A DNA stretch of 46,571 bases from NCBI GenBank assembly GCA_013044185.1, contig JABEUX010000022.1:1-46571 (forward strand). The letters run 5' to 3'. Made by a program: the position numbers and the translations under genes. Source of the DNA: Vulcanimicrobiota bacterium (GTDB lineage Bacteria; Vulcanimicrobiota; Vulcanimicrobiia; Vulcanimicrobiales; Vulcanimicrobiaceae). Below the pieces are notes generated by a model that was given only the letters and a program-made list of their open reading frames with translations, had not been told where the DNA came from and made no database searches. Below are positions 1 to 7,676 of this stretch, one piece after another (position 1 is the first letter of the stretch; each line of letters opens with the position of its first letter).

Positions 1-375
1 GGTTCCACCACTCGGGTCGAGTTCGCTGCGCAGCACGCGAGCGGGCTGCGTTGTATCGGCGGCGACCCAACGGAACTCGACGACGCGCTCGCCCGTCGCC
101 GCATCGCGCGTGCGCAGATCGAAGGCGTGCGCGTCGAGATTTGCTGCGCTGGCGCTATCGGTCGCCGGGATCGAAAACCCCGTCGCCGTCTCGTTATCGC
201 TGCGAATCGCGGCAACGAGCGCCGCGAGCGCCGAACGGTCGTTCAAGCGGGCGGCAGCGGTCGCGCGCGCGTGCAGCATCCCAAAGGTCGCATCGGTCGC
301 GCCGATCAGCACGAGCGTGCCGATCCCCAACGCAACGATCACCTCGAGCAGCGAGAAACCGCGTTCGCTCTCCAT
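1..375 (-). CDS. Prepilin-type N-terminal cleavage/methylation domain protein (type IV pilin or pseudopilin-like). Only the 5' part is in the window.
   Basis: Own translation of the minus strand from the ATG at 375-373 gives MESERGFSLLEVIVALGIGTLVLIGATDATF.... This is G|FSLLE followed by a hydrophobic helix, the class III (prepilin) signal. The frame stays open to position 1, which is why it is absent from the ORF track. Confidence 0.6.
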   Translation of the reverse strand, partial: MESERGFSLLEVIVALGIGTLVLIGATDATFGMLHARATAAARLNDRSALAALVAAIRSDNETATGFSIPATDSASAANLDAHAFDLRTRDAATGERVVEFRWVAADTTQPARVLRSELDPSGGT

Positions 376-405
376 ACTCGCGCAGGTTCCCCGTTTCGGC
401 GCGAG

Positions 406-1023
406 TTAGACGCGAAGAATGGAGTCCCCAAACGCGCACTCACCCGGCAGCAGCACCTCGCAGTAGACGCCGAACGTTGCCTCGCGCTCCTGGGCGAGCG
501 CGCGAAGAATCCCCGGATCGACGGCATCGCTCTCCGGATCGTACGTGATCGCGACGCAACGTCGGATCGCTTTGGTGACGCGCAGGCGCACCCGCTCGCC
601 GATGCGCAGCTCCGCACCGAGGAGCTCGCGTTCGCTCGCCGCTCCCGGAATCGCTTCGGCGACCAAATTCGGGCGAAAGCGCCGCACGTCGAGCTCGCGT
701 CCGCAGATTCGCTCTGCATCCGCGCGCCACGGTTCGAGCACCAGCGAGATCGGCGAATCGTCGAAGTAGTGCGGCGCGGCACTCTCGCGGCGCAAAGCAA
801 CGCCGCGCTCCTCGGCGACAGCGAGCGCGAGCGAGAGATCCTCGATGCGGTGCAGCCGCTCGTCCTCTTTTCCGCGATAGGCTTTGCCGATGCGCGCGTG
901 TCCGCGCTCGACGAACAACGCGGAGCCGCGGTCGCCGATGATGCCGTCGCGCGCGATCTCGGCGCGCGCGAGCGATTCGCCGCGCAGGCTCTTGACCGGG
1001 TAGCGGTAGATCGCGAGCAGCAG
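406..1023 (-). CDS. MOSC domain-containing protein
   Basis: The ORF-track protein contains LLLAIYRYPVKSLRGESL (MOSC N-terminal beta-barrel signature) and IRRCVAITYDPESDAVDP (MOSC conserved Cys region). I moved the start to the in-frame CTG at 1023, because the ATG at 1098 would overlap the upstream gene by more than 70 nt. The start is uncertain. Confidence 0.7.
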   Translation of the reverse strand: MLLAIYRYPVKSLRGESLARAEIARDGIIGDRGSALFVERGHARIGKAYRGKEDERLHRIEDLSLALAVAEERGVALRRESAAPHYFDDSPISLVLEPWRADAERICGRELDVRRFRPNLVAEAIPGAASERELLGAELRIGERVRLRVTKAIRRCVAITYDPESDAVDPGILRALAQEREATFGVYCEVLLPGECAFGDSILRV

Positions 1024-1024
1024 C

Positions 1025-2017
1025 TTAGGAGTTCTTCGGGCGAAAGCGTCCCAGCAAATTCTTCCCCGCTTGCAACGCATCGTTCTTCGTGCGCGCATAG
1101 AGTTGCGACGCCTGCTCCTTGCTCATCGGTCGCCCGTGCGCGATGAGGAACGTGATGCCTTCGCCGACCACGATCGTGCCGGCGTACGCAATCGCGCCTT
1201 TAATCGGGACGCCGGCGACCGGCATGAAGCCCGAGAGTTCGCGCGCGAGCGTGCGCCACCCTAAGCCGCCACCGATGATCGGCAGCAGCTCCCAGAGCCG
1301 TTTGAAATCGGGGTCGCGGCCGTAGGTCGCTTCGATCTGCATCATCAGTGCGATCTGCAGCGCGGTGATCGCCACCGTATCGCCCGCCGAGGCGATCGCT
1401 CCGAGTGCGATACCGAGAATCGGCACGTGGTCGACGAGTCCGCTCGCAACCGCAATTTTTACCGCATTCTTCGCCGCATCTTGCGTGAGTTTCGTGGCGA
1501 CCAAATCGCGCAGAACCGGCAGGCGCCGACCGAGTGCGACTTCGACGCCCTTCGCCACGCGGACGAGCTGTGGAAAGACATGAACGCGCAGCGCCTCTTC
1601 ACTTAACTCGGTGATGCCGTAGTTCCCCACCGCTCCCGCAGTGGGCGGGCGGTCGGGAGCACGCGCCGCTACCGCACCGATGCCGATGGCGAAAATCGGA
1701 ACGCGTAGCGCGCGCAACTCTAACGAGCCTGCCTCCCCGATTTGATCGACGGCACCGATGTAGAGCACCGCTTTGAGTTCGCGCGTTGGGGCGCAGAGCG
1801 CGCTGTAGCTCTCCACGCAGCGCGCCGCGTCGGCGAGCCGCTCACCCTCGTTGCCCGCGAGCAATATCGCGCGCAACCTCGATACCGCCGCCGGGTCGCC
1901 GGCGAGCACGATACGAAACGGAAGTTGCGCGTGCGCGCGCACGCCATGCATATCGACGCCCTTGCGCACCATCTTCACGACGTCGGCGCCGAAGGCCGAG
2001 GCGAAGTTAGCCGCCAC
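1025..2017 (-). CDS. DUF697-like membrane-associated protein with a degenerate GTPase-like N-terminal half
   Basis: The C-terminal half (VDHVPILGIALGAIASAGDTVAITALQIALMMQIEATYGRD, then a Gly-rich hydrophobic segment) resembles DUF697/YcjF-type domains from memory. The N-terminal half has FRIVLAGDPAAVSRL where a P-loop would sit. It overlaps the M48 gene by 11 nt. Confidence 0.45.
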   Translation of the reverse strand: MAANFASAFGADVVKMVRKGVDMHGVRAHAQLPFRIVLAGDPAAVSRLRAILLAGNEGERLADAARCVESYSALCAPTRELKAVLYIGAVDQIGEAGSLELRALRVPIFAIGIGAVAARAPDRPPTAGAVGNYGITELSEEALRVHVFPQLVRVAKGVEVALGRRLPVLRDLVATKLTQDAAKNAVKIAVASGLVDHVPILGIALGAIASAGDTVAITALQIALMMQIEATYGRDPDFKRLWELLPIIGGGLGWRTLARELSGFMPVAGVPIKGAIAYAGTIVVGEGITFLIAHGRPMSKEQASQLYARTKNDALQAGKNLLGRFRPKNS

Positions 2018-4028
2018 TGATCTCTCGTTGCGGATTATCGGTGTAATCCAGATAGGTCAAGCCCATAAAAATCTCCAGCGGCCACGCGTGCATATCCTGT
2101 GCGTTCGCCTCGTCGACGAGCGAGAGCCCTTTCGCTTTTGCATCGGCGATCACATCGCGGATCGCCTCACCCTTGTCCGCAGCGAGAATGGATGCCGTCG
2201 TTACCTGGCCGGGGGTAAGGTGATCTTTTATCATGTCGCTGTAGGATATACCCGTGTTCCCGAAGCGTTGTTGCAACGCGTAGCGGAGGGATGCGTATCG
2301 CTGCGGCGAGCTGCCGATGCCCAGCATGGTGATGCGCGCCGAGAGTTGGCGCGAACGCGCCATATCGAAGAGCTGGTCGGCCTTCGAGGCGGCGATCGCC
2401 GCGGCATTAACCGAAGCGAGCGACTTTTTCAGGTAGGGAAGCAGCGAATCGTAATCTTGCTTGTTGATATCCCCGTTGAAGTTGAGCCGAATCCCGACGA
2501 ATTGGCGGAAGAACTCGTCGAGTCTGCTGATGGCGCCGTCGAGTAGGAGCGCCGAGGCGCGCGATGCGTCGACAGCTCCGAGCATATCGGATTGAGAGCG
2601 CGAGAGCTCCGAGAGCATCGTCGGGTAATCGGAGAAGATCGCTGCAGAGGTACTTGGAATCGGCGCTTCTTTCAGCGGAGCGGCGAGATCGCGCAAAATT
2701 AACTGTTGGTCCTCAAGGACCCCGAAAGCTTTTTTCTGGTCGAGCGAGCCGACGCCCTGGTTGCCGACGACTGCTTGAATATTCGCAAGCGCGAGGTTGA
2801 GCGCCGCGCCCATCGCCTCGATATTATTGCTGATCGCGGCGAGCCGCGAGCCCGGGCGCACGCTGACGTTGCCGATATTCGGCACGTCGTAATTCAATGC
2901 GGTCATGCGTGATTGCAGTGCCTTGAGTTGGTTGCGTCCCTCTTCGGCACGGCTCGCAATGTTCGTCGCCGACGCTTCGAGTTGCGACTTCGCCGTGGCG
3001 AGGCTCTCGCGCAGCGGCGCGAGGTGCGGACGCATCAAGTCGACGCTCTGCACTTGAAGCTGTTGCACGGCCGCGAGCCGCGATAACGCGAGTTGTTTTG
3101 CCTGCGGGTCGCCGACCGAAGCGGCCTGCTCCAGCGTCTGCTCGCTCTTTGAGGTAAGGCCGAGTGCGAGTTGCATCTGCCCGAGTTTCAGCAGGGCTTC
3201 CTGGTTGTTCGGTAGCGATGGCATGAGTGCGGTGAGTTCGCTCGCAGCAATGCTGTAGCGGGCGCGATCTGCATCGCTGAGTGCCTGCACCAAGCGCTGT
3301 TGCGGCGTCACCTTCGTCGGGTCGAGCTCGGGATAGCCGACGAGGTGCTCCACGCGAACGTTCGCCGGCGGATGGTCGGCGAGATACTTCGTAATGAGAT
3401 CGCTATGTTGTGCTTCGAGCGTTCCGAGGTGGCGCATCATCGAAAGCATGGCCTGCGGGTCGTAACCGGCCCGCGCCATCAACTGTAAGCCGTAACGGTC
3501 GGCCTGCAATTCATCGTCGCGCGAAAGTTTTGCAACGACTCCGGCCTCGGCAATATTTCCGAATTGATAGACGAGCGGAGAGAAGAGCGAGGCGATCGTA
3601 AAGAGCGCGTTGAGCACCGTCAATTTCGATTGCATCGAAATGACGTGATTGCGCTCGATGTGTCCGGTTTCGTGCCCGAGCACGCCCGCGAGTTCGTCGC
3701 TGGACTGGACGAAATCGAGAAGCCCCTCATCGACGTAGACGTACCCGCCCGTCGTCGAGAAGGCGTTGATATCGGGTGCGTCGATGATCTTGACGTTATA
3801 CGGTAATTCCTTTCGCGCGACTTGCTGCCAAAGCTTCTGCGCGACGTGGTTCACCCAACGGTTGAGCAGCGGATCGGTTTCGATGACGCTGCTGCGAACG
3901 ATCTGTTCGTCTTCCTGGCGCCCCATCTCGACCTCTTGCTGCGCGGTCATCGCTTGCGCGGGTGCCGGCATGCAGGTCAACAGCAGCGAGAGCATCGATA
4001 CGACGGGGAGCAGGCGGCGGAGAAACAT
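2007..4028 (-). CDS. Secreted M48-family zinc metalloprotease (BepA/LoiP-like) with a long helical C-terminal extension
   Basis: Signal peptide MFLRRLLPVVSMLSLLLTCMPAPAQA. HExxH motif in GVLGHETGHIERNHV. Downstream DELQADRYG. TPR-like segment (NNQEALLKLGQMQLALG), followed by about 350 aa of Ala/Leu/Gln-rich helical sequence. Confidence 0.85.
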   Translation of the reverse strand: MFLRRLLPVVSMLSLLLTCMPAPAQAMTAQQEVEMGRQEDEQIVRSSVIETDPLLNRWVNHVAQKLWQQVARKELPYNVKIIDAPDINAFSTTGGYVYVDEGLLDFVQSSDELAGVLGHETGHIERNHVISMQSKLTVLNALFTIASLFSPLVYQFGNIAEAGVVAKLSRDDELQADRYGLQLMARAGYDPQAMLSMMRHLGTLEAQHSDLITKYLADHPPANVRVEHLVGYPELDPTKVTPQQRLVQALSDADRARYSIAASELTALMPSLPNNQEALLKLGQMQLALGLTSKSEQTLEQAASVGDPQAKQLALSRLAAVQQLQVQSVDLMRPHLAPLRESLATAKSQLEASATNIASRAEEGRNQLKALQSRMTALNYDVPNIGNVSVRPGSRLAAISNNIEAMGAALNLALANIQAVVGNQGVGSLDQKKAFGVLEDQQLILRDLAAPLKEAPIPSTSAAIFSDYPTMLSELSRSQSDMLGAVDASRASALLLDGAISRLDEFFRQFVGIRLNFNGDINKQDYDSLLPYLKKSLASVNAAAIAASKADQLFDMARSRQLSARITMLGIGSSPQRYASLRYALQQRFGNTGISYSDMIKDHLTPGQVTTASILAADKGEAIRDVIADAKAKGLSLVDEANAQDMHAWPLEIFMGLTYLDYTDNPQREISGG

Positions 4029-4182
4029 GAAGCGGACCTCTGTCGGGCTAAGGGCTTGCTTGGCGGAAGTTCATTCTATCGCTTAGAACGCGGGAAGGGT
4101 GGCTTGACGTTACGCCGGGATTCTGTGAGTGAGATGGGGATGGGGATGGGAGAACGGCGAGCTTCTTGCGAGCGGCCTGTGG

Positions 4183-5088
4183 ATGAGGGAGGGGTTCGCG
4201 GGAGCCCGGCGGGAACCCGCCGTCGATGACGGGACGAGCGAGGGCGTGAGCGCGCTGTTGCGCGGGCGAAGTTGGGGGATCGAGGTCGCGCTTGACGGCG
4301 GCGATCTTGGCGCTTCGCTCGTCGAGCTGGAGAGCAAGTTAAGCGCGGCGGAGGCCTTCTACCGCGACTGCGAAGCGACGCTCCGCTTCGGCGAGGTGGC
4401 GCCGAGCACGAGCGAACTCGCTCGGCTGCAGGGCCTCCTCTCGGGGCGAAACATCTCGATTCGGCGCGTTCTTGGGGGCGCTGCGATCGCCGCGACCGCC
4501 GATGCGCTCGGGGCTCCGTTCGAAGAGAGCGATGCGACGACGGCTGCGCCGAGCCCGCGCCGCGAACCGCGGCGGAGCCGCGTGGTCGAGCTCTCCGAAT
4601 CGGCGCGCTCGTTGAAAGCCGATTTCGACGGCGCTCGCGCCGATATCGCCTCGCGCCGTCGCGCCGGCGAGACGAGCGTCCGGCGGCTCGATCTCAAGCG
4701 CGCCAGTGGCGACGAAGCGCCTTCGTTACGCTTGGTCGAGGCCACCCCCGGAACGCTCTACCACGTCGGCACGCTGCGCGGCGGGCAGTCGCTGCAGCAG
4801 ATCGGCAACATCGTCGTCGTCGGCGACGTCAATCCCGGCGCCGAGTTGATCGCCAGCGGCGACATTCTCGTTTTTGGTCGGCTCGCCGGCGTCGCGCATG
4901 CGGGCGCGCAAGGCGATAGCGAGGCGCGCGTGCGCGCGCTGGAATTGGTACCGACGCAATTACGCATCGCCACCGCGATTGCAGCGGAGAGTTCGGCGCG
5001 ACGCGGAAAGAAAGCCGAGCCGGAGACGGCGTGCGTGCGCGACGGGAAGATCGTCGTGGTTCCTTGTAGTAAAGAAGAAAGTTGGTAA
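4183..5088 (+). CDS. minC: Septum site-determining protein MinC
   Basis: C-terminal beta-helix signature YHVGTLRGGQSLQQIGNIVVVGDVNPGAELIASGDILVFGRLAGVAHAG, and the gene sits directly upstream of minD. The start is uncertain: GTG 4129, ATG 4183 and GTG 4246 are all in frame. Confidence 0.8.
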   Translation: MREGFAGARREPAVDDGTSEGVSALLRGRSWGIEVALDGGDLGASLVELESKLSAAEAFYRDCEATLRFGEVAPSTSELARLQGLLSGRNISIRRVLGGAAIAATADALGAPFEESDATTAAPSPRREPRRSRVVELSESARSLKADFDGARADIASRRRAGETSVRRLDLKRASGDEAPSLRLVEATPGTLYHVGTLRGGQSLQQIGNIVVVGDVNPGAELIASGDILVFGRLAGVAHAGAQGDSEARVRALELVPTQLRIATAIAAESSARRGKKAEPETACVRDGKIVVVPCSKEESW

Positions 5089-5089
5089 T

Positions 5090-5881
5090 GTGAGCACGCG
5101 ACGAATCGTCGTAACCTCCGGTAAAGGCGGCGTCGGAAAAACGACGACGACCGCCAACCTCGGTGCCGCATTGGCAAAGCGCGGTCACCGCGTCGTTCTC
5201 GTCGATGCCGACATCGGCTTGCGCAATCTCGATTTGGTTCTGGGACTCGAGAAACGCATCGTGTTCGATATCGTCGAGGTCGCGGAAGGGCGCTGCCAAC
5301 TCCGCCAGGCGCTCATCAAAGATAAGCGTTTTGATTCGCTGGCGATTCTCCCAGCCGCGCAGACGCGCGAAAAAGAAGCGATCACCGCCGAACAGTTTGC
5401 GGCGGTTATCGCGGGGCTCGACGAGTTCGCCGACTTCGTGCTCATCGATTGCCCAGCCGGGATCGAGACCGGTTTTCGCAACGCCGTCGCGGGGGCGAAA
5501 GAAGCACTCGTCGTTACCACCCCCGAGGTGAGCGCGATCCGCGATGCGGACCGGGTGATCGGCAAGCTGCTCGAAGTCCCGATGCCGATCTCGCTCATCG
5601 TCAACCGCTTGCGCCCGGAGATGGTGCGCAGCGGCGACATGCTGGCAGTCGAGGACGTCTGCGAGGTGCTCAACGCAACGCTCGTCGGCGTCGTCCCCGA
5701 TGACGAAGAGATCATCGATACCACCAACCGCGGCGAGCCCATCGTGCTCGACGAAAGCAACCGCCTGCGCACCATCTACGATAAAATTGCGCGCCGCCTC
5801 GAAGGCGAAGATATTCCGATCACCAGTTTCGAGAAGCCAACCTTCTTCAAGCGCCTTATCGGCGCGATCACGACGGGGTAA
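5090..5881 (+). CDS. minD: Septum site-determining ATPase MinD (copy 1)
   Basis: Deviant Walker A IVVTSGKGGVGKTTTTANLG. Also DADIGLRNLD, LIDCPAGIE, and a C-terminal amphipathic membrane-targeting helix KPTFFKRLIGAI. GTG start at 5090, 1 nt after the minC stop; the track's longer ORF starting at 4874 overlaps minC. Confidence 0.95.
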   Translation: MSTRRIVVTSGKGGVGKTTTTANLGAALAKRGHRVVLVDADIGLRNLDLVLGLEKRIVFDIVEVAEGRCQLRQALIKDKRFDSLAILPAAQTREKEAITAEQFAAVIAGLDEFADFVLIDCPAGIETGFRNAVAGAKEALVVTTPEVSAIRDADRVIGKLLEVPMPISLIVNRLRPEMVRSGDMLAVEDVCEVLNATLVGVVPDDEEIIDTTNRGEPIVLDESNRLRTIYDKIARRLEGEDIPITSFEKPTFFKRLIGAITTG

Positions 5882-5884
5882 ACC

Positions 5885-6724
5885 ATGCACGAACGTCAAC
5901 CTGAAATCGAAGAGGCCGCCGTGCCTGCGGCGCGCGGCCGCGCAATCGTTATTACCTCCGGAAAAGGCGGCGTCGGTAAGACGACGACCACCGCCAATCT
6001 CGGAACGGCGCTGGCGATGCGCGGCGCGCGCGTTGCGCTCGTCGACGCCGACGTCGGCCTGCGCAATCTCGATATCGTGCTCGGCCTCGAGAGCCGCGTG
6101 AAGCACCATCTGCTCGACGTCATCGAAGGCGGCGTCACGCTCGATGAAGCGCTGGTCCCCTCGAAATATAACGAGTCGCTGATGCTGCTCGCCGCCGCGC
6201 AGAACCGCGAAAAGGACGAAGTACCCACCGAGGCGATGACCGCATTGATCGAACGGCTCCGCGAGCGGTTCGATTACGTGCTGGTCGATTGTCCGGCGGG
6301 TATCGAGCACGGCTTTCGTAACGCCGTCGCCGGAGCGCAGGAAGCGATCGTCGTCTGCACGCCGGAGGTCTCGGCGGTGCGTGATGTCGACCGCGTGATC
6401 GGCTTGCTCGGTAACCGTTTCAAACCGCAGCTCATCGTTAATCGCCTGCGCCCTCAATTAGTCAAGCGCGGCAAGATGCTCTCGGTTGAAGACGTAAACG
6501 CGATATTGCGCTTGCCGTTGCTCGGAGTGATCGCCGACGAACCGGAGATCATCATTACCACCAACAAAGGCGAGCCGCTCGCACTGCGGCGCGACGGCGC
6601 CACCGGAGCCGCCTATCACGTAATGGCGGCGAAGATCGCGGGCGAAGATGTTGAAGCGCCGACGGTCGAGACGCGGGATTCATTTTTCGGGCGCATCGGC
6701 GCGTTCTTCGGAGGCAAAGCATGA
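5885..6724 (+). CDS. minD: MinD paralogue (copy 2)
   Basis: Same motif set as copy 1: IVITSGKGGVGKTTTTANLG, DADVGLRNLD, LVDCPAGIE, and a C-terminal amphipathic helix DSFFGRIGAFFGG. It starts 3 nt after copy 1 ends and overlaps minE by 4 nt (ATGA). Confidence 0.9.
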   Translation: MHERQPEIEEAAVPAARGRAIVITSGKGGVGKTTTTANLGTALAMRGARVALVDADVGLRNLDIVLGLESRVKHHLLDVIEGGVTLDEALVPSKYNESLMLLAAAQNREKDEVPTEAMTALIERLRERFDYVLVDCPAGIEHGFRNAVAGAQEAIVVCTPEVSAVRDVDRVIGLLGNRFKPQLIVNRLRPQLVKRGKMLSVEDVNAILRLPLLGVIADEPEIIITTNKGEPLALRRDGATGAAYHVMAAKIAGEDVEAPTVETRDSFFGRIGAFFGGKA

Positions 6725-7095
6725 TCGAGTTTTTTAAACGCCTCTTCGGCCCATCGGATTCGGGTGCGACGGCGAAGCAGCGCCTGCAACTCGTGCTTAT
6801 GACCGACCACCTCGCGCTCGCTCCGGAGATGATCGACGCGATGAAGCGCGAGCTCGTCGAAGTGATTTCGCGCTACGTGGAAGTCGACCGCGAGAAAGTC
6901 GAAGTCGATTTCGAGCGTCACGACCATGCGTTGGCGATGATGGCGAACGTGCCGATTCTCGGCGTCGCTCGCCCGAGCGAACGCGCGCCCGAACCGCCGG
7001 CACCGGCGGTCGTTGCCGCCCAACCCGTCGCCGCGGGAGCGCCGCCCTTGCAACAACGGAAGCGACGCAAGAAAACGCAACGCGCTCCGGCGTGA
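6721..7095 (+). CDS. minE: Cell division topological specificity factor MinE with an extended Pro/Ala-rich basic tail
   Basis: N-terminus MIEFFKRLFG...AKQRLQLVL, then MKRELVEVISRYVEVD...VEVDFE. These are the MinE membrane-targeting, MinD-contact and TSD motifs. The last ~40 aa are ARPSERAPEPPAPAVVAAQP...QQRKRRKKTQRAPA. Confidence 0.85.
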   Translation: MIEFFKRLFGPSDSGATAKQRLQLVLMTDHLALAPEMIDAMKRELVEVISRYVEVDREKVEVDFERHDHALAMMANVPILGVARPSERAPEPPAPAVVAAQPVAAGAPPLQQRKRRKKTQRAPA

Positions 7096-7676
7096 GTTTC
7101 GAGCTCGCAGCGAAGATCGACGGCTTCGCGTTCGAGCCTCATTTTCTCGGAGAATCCGAGGCGCGCGATCTCTTCGCGCGTCTCGTTCACGGTTTGGCGT
7201 GGACGCAACCGACGATCGCGCTCTTCGGCGTCCGGCGCCCGATACCGCGCTTGGAGGCGTGGTACGGCGATCTCGATGCGCGCTACCGCTATTCGGGGAT
7301 CGCGCACGAACCGATGCCGTGGACGCCGGAGCTCGCCGTCCTTCGCGATCGCCTACGCAGCTACGCAGGCGAGCCCTTTAACAGCGTGCTGGCGAACCTC
7401 TATCGCGACGGACGCGATTCCAATGGCTGGCATAGCGACGACGAAGCCGAACTCGGCCCAACGCCGACGATCGCTTCGCTCTCCCTGGGAGCGACGCGCC
7501 GCTTCTCTATCAAGGCGACGGCGAACGGCGAACGGCACGCCTTCGAACTGAGTAACGGCAGCTTGCTCGTGATGAGCGGCACGAGCCAGCAGTTATGGCG
7601 GCACGCGGTTCCGAAAGAGCCGCAGGTGCAGCACGCGCGCATCAACCTCACCTTCCGTACCATTCTCGCGCCATGA
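7092..7676 (+). CDS. alkB: AlkB-family Fe(II)/2-oxoglutarate-dependent dioxygenase
   Basis: NLYRDGRDSNGWHSDDE (HxD), LGATRRF, LLVMSG..QQLWRHAVPK (distal His) and RINLTFR (2OG-binding Arg). GTG start overlaps the minE stop (GTGA), and the stop overlaps the rodA start (ATGA). Confidence 0.75.
   Translation: MSFELAAKIDGFAFEPHFLGESEARDLFARLVHGLAWTQPTIALFGVRRPIPRLEAWYGDLDARYRYSGIAHEPMPWTPELAVLRDRLRSYAGEPFNSVLANLYRDGRDSNGWHSDDEAELGPTPTIASLSLGATRRFSIKATANGERHAFELSNGSLLVMSGTSQQLWRHAVPKEPQVQHARINLTFRTILAP

Noticed and set aside
4131-4152. A short G-rich tandem motif (GATGGGG GATGGGG ATGGGAG) upstream of or inside the minC 5' region. I considered it as a micro-repeat or G-quadruplex.
   Set aside because: There are only about three G-runs in a row, with no fourth run at a suitable distance. 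It is too short for any repeat class. It is most simply part of the minC leader/RBS or of N-terminal codons.
4829-6457. A 542-aa minus-strand ORF spanning minC and both minD genes.
   Set aside because: The plus-strand frames carry unmistakable MinC/MinD motifs. The minus frame has no motifs and a shadow-ORF composition.
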